From Candidatus Sericytochromatia bacterium (GTDB taxonomy: Bacteria > Cyanobacteriota > Sericytochromatia > UBA7694): 64,000 nt of DNA. Positions 39,419 to 49,236 of this stretch are shown here, piece after piece. The translations under genes were made by a program, and so were the position numbers. Location: positions 299,074-363,073 of the forward strand of contig CAWCRG010000017.1 of NCBI GenBank assembly GCA_963797915.1, in the 5' to 3' direction. The stretch's first letter is position 1. Each line of letters opens with the position of its first letter. The notes below the pieces were generated by a model. That model was given only the letters and a program-made list of their open reading frames with translations. It ran no database searches and was not told the DNA's origin.

Positions 39419-40372
39419 TTAATGTGAGCTGTAGCCCCACGGGAGCCGAGCGTTCCCAGGGAATTTTGAGGGGGCGCAAAGCATAGTGGGGTAATGTTGA
39501 CGGAGTTGTTCCCAGAGACAGCCGGGTTCAAACTCCACCACATAGAGCGGAAGATCCACGGGGTAATGCTCGGGAAGTGTTAACACTCCGGGATATAAGC
39601 TGTCGAGTACCAGCACCGCATTGTCCTTCCAGTCCATCTCTAATAGCCAGCCGCCCATGGCTCCGGTCGCAATTAAGGCATAGTTTGGCGACGATTCGGG
39701 GCTCCAGTGCCGTAACCAGCGGGAGGCCAGTTGCTGGAGTTGTTGATGCTTTTTCTGGGCTCTGCGTAAGACATTGTTGCCCTGAATGGGGGGCAGCGCT
39801 AATGCTATCCATTCTGCATCTTGTACACTCTGTGTCGTACTGAGGAGCATGGGGTCGAGCAATAAAATAACCGGCTGGCGCAGGTATGCTGCCAGGGCAA
39901 AGGCTTCCTGCACGTTGTTTTGTACATGACTCAGGTGAGAAGGCATTAAATGGGGAAAGGGGAACCCGCTCCCGGGCCAGGCGTTTTGGAAACAGGCATA
40001 GCCGTAAGGGAGGGTAGAGGCACCGCGGTATTCCGGTGCTTGATAGAGCACCACCGCATAAACACAGGGAATCTCCTGCTGAAAAAAGTGAGCTAAGCCA
40101 TGTTGCACACTGAGAAAGTCGCTGTAATTGCTGCTAATAAACGGAATGTCTCCGAGCTGCCCTACCCCCTGAGCCATTGACAGCGCCTCAGTGGGCGTTT
40201 GGGTTTGCAAACAGATCCCGTGATGTTGTTGAAAACGGGTGAGTCCTTCATTGAGGAGCAGTGACTGCATGGGACTGGGACTTCCAAAATAATGGCGACA
40301 GCCGCTTTTAAGGACTGCTTCAATACACATTTGAAAGCCGTTGTAGACGGCAGCGTGTTGTTCAACAATCAT
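39419..40372 (-). CDS. 2-oxoacid:ferredoxin oxidoreductase alpha subunit (divergent, short)
   Basis: N-terminal AVLKSGCRHYFGSPSP resembles the PorA AGCRFFAGYPITP segment. At 317 aa it is shorter and more divergent than typical PorA. Confidence 0.5.
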   Translation of the reverse strand: MIVEQHAAVYNGFQMCIEAVLKSGCRHYFGSPSPMQSLLLNEGLTRFQQHHGICLQTQTPTEALSMAQGVGQLGDIPFISSNYSDFLSVQHGLAHFFQQEIPCVYAVVLYQAPEYRGASTLPYGYACFQNAWPGSGFPFPHLMPSHLSHVQNNVQEAFALAAYLRQPVILLLDPMLLSTTQSVQDAEWIALALPPIQGNNVLRRAQKKHQQLQQLASRWLRHWSPESSPNYALIATGAMGGWLLEMDWKDNAVLVLDSLYPGVLTLPEHYPVDLPLYVVEFEPGCLWEQLRQHYPTMLCAPSKFPGNARLPWGYSSH

Positions 40373-40683
40373 GGGTTAGTAGACTGCCCGTTCCAGAACT
40401 TGTGAAATCTTAGACTCAGACCAAAGACATAACCCTTGATGTTTTTTTGCGGAAAAGCGGGCGCAATAAATGCGTCATCTGGACAAATATCAACGCAATG
40501 CATGCAGTTAATACAATATTCAGGCCACTGCATTTGCACCGGAAGAAAACCCTGAGCATTTGCCTCTGTGTGGACGCCTGCCTCTTCAAAAAGTGCGTTG
40601 GGACAGACATTGATGCACAAGTTACAGCCTTTACATTGTTCGCTGTCTAACTGGACGGTGTTCAGATGTTCTGCAGTTCTCAT
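40369..40683 (-). CDS. 2x[4Fe-4S] ferredoxin (oxidoreductase delta subunit)
   Basis: Two CxxCxxCxxxCP motifs (CKGCNLCINVCP; CINCMHCVDICP). Overlaps the alpha gene start. Confidence 0.7.
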   Translation of the reverse strand: MRTAEHLNTVQLDSEQCKGCNLCINVCPNALFEEAGVHTEANAQGFLPVQMQWPEYCINCMHCVDICPDDAFIAPAFPQKNIKGYVFGLSLRFHKFWNGQSTNP

Positions 40684-40798
40684 AAGGCTATTGTCGCATA
40701 TTTGTCAGGGGGATCACAGTTTTTATGTGCGCCAATGGCTGGTGTTTCATCTATATAAGTGTATATAATACATTTATTAAGTCTCAAGGAGTTTTATT

Positions 40799-43304
40799 AT
40801 GTCAGATCAATCCAGAGAGCGGGATCTTGTATTGGCCCCCAATGAGTATGCCTTTATTTCGGATCAAACCAAAGGCAATATTAATGTGTATGTGGGCCCC
40901 TACAAAACCAGTTTGGCCAATACAGATCAGCCGGTGTTTTTTGATGAGCAGAGCAAACGCTTTGATCGCTGTGGCTTAGAGCAGGCCACGCGGGTTTTTG
41001 CCACCGCCCCTGAAGGATGGTATATCACCCTTAAAAACCCTGCCGGTGACCAAATGCAGCCTAAAAATGGCACGGTTAATAATTTGCCCGATCTGCAGGT
41101 GGGGCATAAGATTAATTTACCCGGACCGGTTTCTTTTGGCTTATGGCCCGGACAAATGGTGAGGGTACTTAAGGGGCATCACCTGCGCTCTAACCAGTAT
41201 TTACTGGTGCGCGTCTATGACGAAGCCTCAGCCCGCAGTAACTGGACACGGGCCGTGATGAAGCTTCAGGGCAATGTGCCCGAAGAGGGGCTGAATCTGA
41301 AAAGCGCTGCTGAAGAAACGTTAAATCTTGGACAGGAAATGGTGATTCGAGGCACCGAGGTTTCTTTTTATATTCCCCCGACCGGTATTGAAGTTGTTAC
41401 TGACAGGCAGGGCGGGTTGGTGAGAGAAGCGGTAACGTTGGAGCGACTTGAGTACTGCATTTTATTGGATGAAGACGGCAATAAACGCTATATTCAGGGG
41501 CCCGATGTGGTCTTTCCTGAGCCCACAGAACGTTTTGTGGAGCGGCAAGTGAGCGGTGTGCTCTGTAAAAAGTTTCGGGCTGTCGAACTCAATGAAAATA
41601 GCGGCATTTACGTGAAGGTGATTGCGCCCTATACGTCTTCTGACGGCGATAAAGTAACCCAGCATGGCGTGGGCGACGAACTGTTTATTACGGGTAAAGA
41701 TCAGATGATTTATTTTCCGCGCCCGGAACATGCGGTGATTAAGTATGGTGCCCAGGATATTCACTATGCGGTGGCCATTCCTGCGGGCGAAGGGCGTTAT
41801 GTGATGGAGCGTAACACCGGGCAGATTAGACTGGTAAAAGGGCCCCACCATGCTGCTGCCTGACCCCCGGCGAGAGGTCATGATACGGCGCGTACTGACC
41901 ACGCCCCAGGTGCGTCTGTGGTTTCCGGGCAATGCCGAAGCGATGGAGTATAATCACCAATTGCAGGAACTCTTAGCCGATGAAAAGGGAGCTTCGGTAT
42001 TGCCCCTTTCTGTACCCCTTGCGCCGACGGGTGGGCCTGCGGATGCAAAATCTCGCAGCGCTGCCAAATCCTCAAAAAGAGAAGTTACTCCCGCGTTGGC
42101 GGGTGAGGACTTTCATCGCAATACGCAGTATACGCCACCTCGGACCATTACCTTAAACACCAAGTATGATGGGGCGGTCGCGGTGTCCATCTGGACTGGC
42201 TACGCGGTGCTCGTGGTAAGTAAAACCGGAGAGCGTAAAGTCGTGGTGGGTCCACAAACCTACCTGCTGGCGTACGATGAAGCCCTGGAGCCCATGGCTT
42301 TATCTACGGGATCTCCCAAAAGCGAGTCTCAATTGCTTAAAACCGTTTACTTGCGGGTGTTGCACAATAAAATCTCCGATAAAATTCGTGTGGAAACGCG
42401 CGATCTGTGCGAGGTAGAGATTCAGCTTTCTTATCGGGTGAACTTTGAGGGCGATTCCCAATACTGGTTTAATGTGGAGAACTATGTCAAGTTTTTGACG
42501 GAGCATATGCGTTCTCGCATTCGCAACGCGGTCAAGCAGGTGGGTGTGGAAGCTTTTTATAGTCAGGCGGCTGATATCTTGCGCGATACCGTGCTGGGAG
42601 TCAGTGACGGACAACGGACCGGCTGCACCTTTGCTGAAAACGGCATGCGGGTGTATGACGTCGAGGTGCTCAATGTCACGCTGGTGGACCAAAGCGTGGA
42701 GCAATTGTTGATTGCCGCGCAACGGCAAGGGGTTGAGCAGACCTTGCAACTCAACGCCGAACGGCGCAAGCTGGACTTTGTGCAGGCTGAAGAGGTCGTC
42801 AAGCGAGAAATGTCTGAAGCCCGCATTCTCACGGAGACTCAGCATCATGATATAGAGCTTGAACGCTTACACCGTCAGCAGGCCTTACAATTGCAGCAGT
42901 TAAAAAGCCAAAGTGAAGCAGAACAAACCCGCCTGCTCGGCGAATTGGCCAATCAAGAGCAAATGAGTGCGGTGCATGAGGCTGAGTTAATGCGAGAGCG
43001 GGTGCGTTTAGAGCAGGAGTTGGCCATGGCTCACGAACGGACGCAGCAGCGTCTGATGCTGATGCAGGGTGAGGTAGAGGCGATGGCCCGCAAAGCAGAA
43101 GCCATTTCACCTGACCTGATTGCTGCTTTACAGGCTTTTGGCGATAAAGCGCTGGCGGAGCGCATGGCGGCATCGATGGGGCCACTCGCCATTCTCGGCG
43201 GCAATAGCGTGGCCGATGTCTTGTCCCAGCTGCTGGGCGGTACCCAGCTCGAACACCTTGTGCGCAAGGCGATGCCCCTCATGGGCCATATTACTGAAGA
43301 CTGA
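40799..43304 (+). CDS. Major vault protein (MVP) homolog, single gene with apparent frameshift near 41845-41865
   Basis: The N-terminus (LVLAPNEYAFISDQTKGNINVYVGPYKTSLANTDQPVFF) parallels the first MVP repeat of eukaryotic MVP ([38 protein letters not shown]). The C-terminal ORF parallels the MVP shoulder/cap-helix region (…VDQSVEQLLIAAQRQGVEQTLQLNAERRKL…). Combined length is about 835 aa. Confidence 0.6.
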
Positions 43305-43390
43305 AACCTCAGAGGCGTTGGGAATCGGGTATAATGGGTAGTCTTCATACATGATGTATGAAAAAGTATACACCACAGAACAGGTATCCC

Positions 43391-44325
43391 ATGACCGACG
43401 TCTCTCCCATTATCTCAATTACGAATTTATCCAAGGTCTACGCCTCAGGCTTTCAAGCCCTTAAAGCCGTGGACCTGGATATTCATCGCGGGGAGATTTT
43501 TGCGCTCCTCGGTCCCAATGGTGCGGGTAAAACCACCCTGATTAGTATTATTTGCGGCATTGTAAATGCTTCTACCGGTGAAGTGCTGGCCGATGGCCAC
43601 TCGGTATTTAAAGACTATCGACAAGCGCGTAGCAAGATCGGCCTGGTACCCCAGGAGCTTACCAACGATATGTTTGAAACGGTGTGGAATACGGTAAAGT
43701 TTAGCCGTGGGCTCTTTGGTAAAGCGCCCAATCCGGCCTTGCTCGAAGATATTTTGCGCCGTTTGTCACTGTGGGACAAAAAAGATCAGCAAATTCGCGC
43801 GCTTTGGGGGGCATGAAGCGACGGGTGATGATCGCCAAGGCGCTGTCTCATGAGCCCATGATTTTGTTTCTGGATGAACCCACTGCGGGTGTTGACGTGG
43901 ATTTGCGTAAAGATATGTGGGAAATGGTGCATCAGTTACGCAAAACCGGTGTCACGATTATTTTAACCACTCACTATATGAAGAAGCTCAGGAAATGGCT
44001 GACCGTATTGGTTTTATTCGCAGCGGTGAAGTCTTTTTAGTGGAAGAAGAAAAAGGCGCTGATGCAAAAATTAGGCAAAAAGCAATTGACGTTGCAATTG
44101 GCTGAACCCCTGTCAGAGATTCCAGCGACTTTACAAAGCCTGCCCCTTACGCTCTCCGAAAATCATATGCAGTTGGTATATACCTTTGATGCCCAAACGC
44201 AAAAAAAGGGCATTGCCTCGCTTTTACGGCAATTGTCCGATGAAGGCATTGATTTTCAAGATCTGTACACCAGTGAAAGCTCCCTCGAAGATATTTTTGT
44301 TAAATTGATTGGAACCTCAGTATGA
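43391..44325 (+). CDS. ABC transporter ATP-binding protein, broken into four frames (three frameshifts)
   Basis: Walker A (GPNGAGKTT), signature (LSGG-like at a G6 run), Walker B (ILFLDEPT) and H-loop (TTHY) are spread over ORFs 43358..43816, 43771..44040, 43917..44105 and 44062..44325. Confidence 0.6.
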
Positions 44326-44331
44326 ACCTTT

Positions 44332-45082
44332 ATGCGGTTAAGGCCATTTACGGCTTTGAATTGGCGCGCTTTTTTGCACCCTTTTTCAGAGCATTGCTTC
44401 CCCGGTGATTTCGACGTCGCTCTATTTTATTGTTTTTGGTTCGGCCATTGGTTCGCGTATGACCGATATCGAAGGCACGACTTATGCCGCTTTTATTGTG
44501 CCCGGTTTGATCATGCTATCGGTGCTGACAGAAAGTCTCTCTAACGCTTCTTTTGGTATTTATATGCCCAAGTATTCAGGAACAATCTATGAAATCCTCT
44601 CTGCACCCATTTCGGCCTTTGAAATTGTATTGGGTTATGTGGGCGCTGCGGCCAGTAAGTCGGTCATGCTTGGCTTTATTATCCTGGCCACCGCGCGCTT
44701 GTTTGTGGATTTTCAGATTATGCACCCGTTTTGGATGCTCGCCTTTTTACTACTGACCGCGCTGACCTTTAGCCTCTTTGGCTTTATTATTGGGGTGTGG
44801 GCAGATGGCTTTGAAAAACTGCAAATTATTCCCCTGATGGTGATTACCCCGCTGACCTTTTTGGGAGGAAGCTTTTACTCGATCAAAATGCTGCCCCCCT
44901 TTTGGCAAAAGGTCACGCTGTTTAATCCGATTGTGTACCTGATTAGTGGCTTTCGCTGGAGCTTTTACGGTGTGGCAGATGTGAGCATTGGACTCAGTCT
45001 TGGCATGACGGCGCTGTTTTTGTCAGTGTGTTTGGTACTGGTGTGGCTGATTTTTAAAACAGGGTATAAGATTAAAAATTAA
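44332..45082 (+). CDS. ABC-2 family permease, frameshift near 44365-44395
   Basis: The N-terminal [18 protein letters not shown]… is in one frame. The remainder (ORF 44405..45082) has six hydrophobic helices. T6 and T5 runs lie at the junction. Confidence 0.55.
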
Positions 45083-45224
45083 AGTGAGCTGACCAGATTG
45101 TGTTACAGCGGTGATTTAAGAGTGAAACCCTGTGAATTGGATTCGTCCGCTTTTATTTTATCTGGTGGGAAAGGAACCGTTGTGGTAAGCGGTAGCCCTG
45201 GAAACGACTTCACTGGTGAGGTGT

Positions 45225-46112
45225 TTAGAGGCTGCGTCGCATGAGTCCATTTAATTGTATAGAGTAATGGGCTTTAACATCCCGAGTCCCGATAAGGGCT
45301 AACCCTATATTTTCTAAGTCTACGGTGACTTGTAATTTGTCACTGGTTTGAACGGTTTTCCAAGCTTGTTTCATGCCTTCCGACCAAAGGATATCGTCAA
45401 AAATAAGTAGGCTATTGGTGTGTAAATAGGGAAGAAATTGTTCAAAGTAAGCCAGGGTGGCAGTATGGTCATGGTGACCATCAATAAATGCGAAATCAAT
45501 GGGCTGGTGGTTCTCCAGCAATGCAGGCAGACAATCCTGAAAACGTCCTTCAATCACGGTGGCATAATCAGAGAGCCCCAGATTTTCGAGGGTGGAACGG
45601 CTTTGCTTAGCCAATACGGGAGAGCCTTCCAGGGTGAAAACTTGGCCTTGTTGTGTTTGTTTTAAAGCGCTTGCCTGATATGCCGCTGAAATGCCGACAC
45701 AGCTTCCCAGTTCGATACTGATCCGGGGCTCAAATGTTTTGGTCAGGTGGTATAGTAAGCTGGCCCAAAATGCAGGTTTGCTCGCGCGAGCCAAAGTGGC
45801 CAGTGATATTTCTGTTTTTATGCCCTGATACATTTCTTCTGTTGTGCGTTGCTTTTCGGGGGAGCCTGCCCCATAATCGATGCTTTCAACGATTTGTGTG
45901 CTTTGGTGAAGTTGTTGGCGATGGGATTCAATGGCCCGTATTGCCAGGGTTTCTTTTGGAGATAAGCGCTGAAAAAAGGTGTCTTCAATGGCTTTTGCCA
46001 GGGCCTGTGTCTGAGGGTTTTTGCTGTGTTTCATTTCTTGTAGAGCGGGTGGAAGCTGAGTTAATGCCACTTGGCGAAGTGCTTTTTTTAATACCTGTTT
46101 TAGTTTGCTCAT
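45225..46112 (-). CDS. Class I SAM-dependent methyltransferase (O-methyltransferase family 3-like)
   Basis: Motif I-like IELGSCVGISAAY and FIDGHHDH are characteristic of CmcI/family-3 O-MTases. Confidence 0.65.
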   Translation of the reverse strand: MSKLKQVLKKALRQVALTQLPPALQEMKHSKNPQTQALAKAIEDTFFQRLSPKETLAIRAIESHRQQLHQSTQIVESIDYGAGSPEKQRTTEEMYQGIKTEISLATLARASKPAFWASLLYHLTKTFEPRISIELGSCVGISAAYQASALKQTQQGQVFTLEGSPVLAKQSRSTLENLGLSDYATVIEGRFQDCLPALLENHQPIDFAFIDGHHDHTATLAYFEQFLPYLHTNSLLIFDDILWSEGMKQAWKTVQTSDKLQVTVDLENIGLALIGTRDVKAHYSIQLNGLMRRSL

Positions 46113-46186
46113 TGCGCCACCTCAAAAATATAATAAGTCAGTATACAGGAGTCATGAAAAAAGTCACCAATCCCTTAGCAATCCGT

Positions 46187-46345
46187 GGCTTTGATCGACT
46201 TCTCTTAAAACGGCTAAAATCTTAAATGTGATGTCCTACAATGTTGATATCGATGATTTTTAGCTGACCGCGCATGTCTTCGTCGAGTACGGTACTAAAG
46301 ATAACGTTGGCGTCGGGGTTAACTGTGTTTTCAATGGCTTCATCA
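46187..46345 (-). pseudogene. 3' fragment of a diverged ftsZ-like paralog (last ~40 codons plus downstream sequence)
   Basis: About 75% nucleotide identity to 50768..50930. It translates to …DEDMRGQLKIIDINIVGHHI*, compared with …[20 protein letters not shown] in the intact gene. Confidence 0.55.
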
Positions 46346-46609
46346 GCTTTGGATAAACCCACTGCGGGTGTTGACGTGGATCTGCGTAAAGATATGTGAG
46401 AAATGGTGTGTCAGCTGTGTAAAACTGGCGTCACGATTATTTTAACCACTCACTATATCGAAGAAGCCCAGAAAATGGCTGACCATATTGGTTTTATTCG
46501 CAGCGGTGAAGTCTTTTTAGTCGAAGAGAAAAAGGCGCTGCTGACCTTTTGGGGGGAAGCTTTTACGGTGTGGCTGATTTTTAAAACCGGCTACAAAACT
46601 AAGAACTAG
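46346..46609 (+). pseudogene. Remnant of the ABC transporter operon (ATPase fragment fused to permease 3' tail)
   Basis: 46346-46545 matches 43870-44060 (…[35 protein letters not shown]…). 46546-46609 matches the permease tail at 44862-44880 and 45040-45082 ([10 protein letters not shown]). Confidence 0.6.
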
Positions 46610-46638
46610 GGTCTGGTCTTGTGGCCTGACCCCGCGCC

Positions 46639-47757
46639 CTAGTTTTGATCCCGAGCGATGCGCGACACTGAGATGTAGGCATTGGGTTTTGACTGGGCCT
46701 GCGCGCCTTTGAAGTTCTGACGGTGTTTAAAAACCGATTCAAACTCCGCAAAAGACACGCTGCTGGAATCATTGGGATTGTAGGGATCCGCCAATAGCAG
46801 GTTATTGTCTTTATCGATGCCTGTTAGCACAACATAATGGCCCGTGTTACCTATTTGATTGGGGTTATTGTCCATAAACTGAGTGAGCAGAATGACTGAG
46901 TTGCCCTGATTCAGCTCGTTTCGCATGCGTTCCAGCATATCGGTGGCGTTACGCATGCCGTCTTTTTTTTCTCGGTGCACTTCTGCTTCAAGCTTACCTT
47001 CCGAGAGTTTCTCTAGACTTTTAGCCATCGGCTCAGGATCGATGGCTCCTGAATTGCTCACACCCATCAGCTTTCGCATTTCGCCGATGCTCTCAATATT
47101 TCCGGCCAGGCCCTGTTCTTTTAGCACCATTAAGGTACTGGTGGGACCACAAGAGGAGCCTGCTTGTTTGTGTAGTCGCGCCTGTTCACCGCTCAGCCTT
47201 CCTGCCTTGGCGGCATCTTTATCCCGGTTATAGCTGCCTTCGCCGTATTTTTTATCGTAATCAGCAAATTGTTTTGTATGCCAATCTTTGTTTGCACCCG
47301 GCTTATAAAAGTCGACGCCCTTTGGATTAAACTTTCCCTGTGCGCGGGCCTGGGCTTCGTTTCGCTCCTGTGGCTCAAGCATCTGCAATGTAGACTGGCT
47401 TAGTTCTCGGGCCAGGGCCTGGTTTTTAACCTGACCTAACGCCTGACTCACTTGTGCATATTCTTTAGGCGAAAGCTTATGGTCTGAAAAAAGCTTTCCC
47501 GTGCGGGTCTTGTCTTCAATGCCTTGAATAAATCCAGCCAGCAGCTGTTTGTCTTCTGGGCTTAAGTTTTCCTGAGCAAGCAATTGCTGTAAATTTTTGC
47601 CCTCGTCTTTTTGCAAGTGTCTGTCCTGAGTTGCCTGCTGAAAGCTTGAGCTTAAACGGGGAGGAATGGTTGTCATGGGTGTTGACGATCTTTCTGAAGA
47701 TATTAAGGGTACGTAGGAATAAACAAAAAAGCGACTTGTCTCAGCTTGAAGATTCAA
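46639..47757 (-). CDS. Peptidase C39-like (papain-fold cysteine peptidase) domain protein
   Basis: The C-terminal domain has a candidate catalytic Cys (QAGSSCGPTSTLMVL) and His (GHYVVLTGID). The N-terminal ~190 aa are charged, low-complexity and coiled-coil-like. Confidence 0.5.
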   Translation of the reverse strand: MNLQAETSRFFVYSYVPLISSERSSTPMTTIPPRLSSSFQQATQDRHLQKDEGKNLQQLLAQENLSPEDKQLLAGFIQGIEDKTRTGKLFSDHKLSPKEYAQVSQALGQVKNQALARELSQSTLQMLEPQERNEAQARAQGKFNPKGVDFYKPGANKDWHTKQFADYDKKYGEGSYNRDKDAAKAGRLSGEQARLHKQAGSSCGPTSTLMVLKEQGLAGNIESIGEMRKLMGVSNSGAIDPEPMAKSLEKLSEGKLEAEVHREKKDGMRNATDMLERMRNELNQGNSVILLTQFMDNNPNQIGNTGHYVVLTGIDKDNNLLLADPYNPNDSSSVSFAEFESVFKHRQNFKGAQAQSKPNAYISVSRIARDQN

Positions 47758-47802
47758 GTCAAAACAAGCCGCTCAATCTACTGATTAAATAACGACGGGT
47801 TA

Positions 47803-48718
47803 CTAATCTATAATTTTTTTGCCGGGATAGATAGTGGCTCCTGGGGGAGGTGTTCCCTCAACGCCCATATTTCCTTTGTCGCCCATAGGAAAGTTAGGCT
47901 TTTGTCCTGGACTGGGCTTCGTTCCGATGGGTGCCTGGCCGGGTTTACCCGTGGGGAAATTGGGTTTATTACCCAGTTCAGGCTTGGGTTTTTGTCCGTC
48001 GTGAATGTGAGCGCCTTGAGGGGGCTTGCCTTCGGTACCCATTTGAGGTTGCGGCTTTTGTCCCTGGCTAATTTGTGCGTCTTTGGGAGGCTTGCCTTCG
48101 GTACCCATTTGAGGTTGCGGCTTTTGTCCCTGTGAATTTGTGCGTCTTGGGAGGTTTACCTTCGGTACCCATTTGAGGTTGTGGCTTTGTGGTAATTTGT
48201 GCGTCTTTGGGAGGCTTGCCTTCGGTACCCATTTGAGGTTGCGGCTTTTGTCCCTGGCTAATTTGTGCGTCTTTGGGAGGCTTGCCTTCGGTACCCATTT
48301 GAGGTTGCGGCTTTTGTCCCTGGCTAATTTGTGCGTCTTTGGGAGGCTTGCCTTCGGTACCCATTTGAGGTTGCGGCTTTTGTCCCTGGCTAATTTGTGC
48401 GTCTTTGGGAGGCTTGCCTTCGGTACCCATTTGAGGTTGCGGCTTTTGTCCCTGGCTAATTTGTGCGTCTTTGGGAGGTTTACCTTCGGTACCCATTGAA
48501 GGCTTGTCGGGAAATTTTTGAGGGGTTTTAAGACTATCACTTTTCACGGGGGTAGATTGAAGGGTGTCTTTCTGGTCAATGGCTGGCTTCTGTGCTTGAG
48601 TGATGTCCTCTTTTTTAATGTCTTTGTCTTTAACTTCTCCCTTTTTCCCGATAGGGAAGGCGTTTGCTGCGCTATTTACTGCTGAAGACAGAGGGCCGGT
48701 ACTCATACTCATACTCAT
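47803..48718 (-). CDS. Lys/Pro/Gln-rich tandem-repeat protein (22-aa repeats MGTEGKPPKDAQISQGQKPQPQ), frame broken within the repeat array
   Basis: ORFs 48068..48718 and 47803..48540 overlap in two frames. The frame changes at a 64-bp variant repeat copy (48100-48163). No signal peptide. Confidence 0.5.
48034..48520. repeat. 66-bp tandem repeat array (about 7.5 copies; one 64-bp and one 60-bp variant)
   Basis: The anchor ggtaccc recurs at 48034, 48100, 48164, 48224, 48290, 48356, 48422 and 48488. Confidence 0.85.
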
Positions 48719-49236
48719 GACATCCTTTGGATTTTTAATGGTTTTAATAAAATAATTTTGTAGGCACTTATCTACGAAGACTTTTTGAGAATAAATCTAA
48801 AGACAAACGTGAAAAGTAACGATTTAAAAAACAATATGCTTCTATTTTAACTTTTTTTTCGTGAACTCTTGCGGAATTTAATCAATTATTAAGATATTTT
48901 AATCAAGCTTAGCTTTCTGCTGACGGTATTTTCTTGAAGGTCTCTTTGGGGCGTGTCCTATCGTTTACACGACGACATTTCAATTTAGAATTCTATTTTG
49001 CATCCAGCACATGCTCTAAGAGGCCGTCCCATTGCCAGGACTGCATGGGAGTATACTCAGCCCCAAGACCAATGGCACCGTTGAATATACCGGAGTTGTT
49101 GACTTCATTGCGTCTGTTGACCGTAACTTCTGTGTCACCTTGATCATCATGGCGCTGGTTCACAAAAACATTTTTATGCCTTTTGACCTTATCATTCTAA
49201 ACCACTTTGCAAACAAGGCCGATTTTTTCTTGACAA

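Noticed and set aside
43358-43390. Upstream start ([11 protein letters not shown]) for the ABC ATPase
   Set aside because: The conserved ABC N-terminus begins near [13 protein letters not shown], so the 43391 ATG is preferred. The upstream extension has no support, and neither start has a strong RBS.
48140-48499. 119-aa + strand ORF (LRLRLLSLANLCVFGRLAFGTH repeats)
   Set aside because: It is the antisense reading of the 66-bp tandem repeat array. It has no independent support and its periodicity simply mirrors the repeat.
48034-48520. Possible CRISPR array
   Set aside because: The repeats are contiguous 66-bp units with no unique spacers between them and lie inside a coding sequence. No cas genes are nearby.
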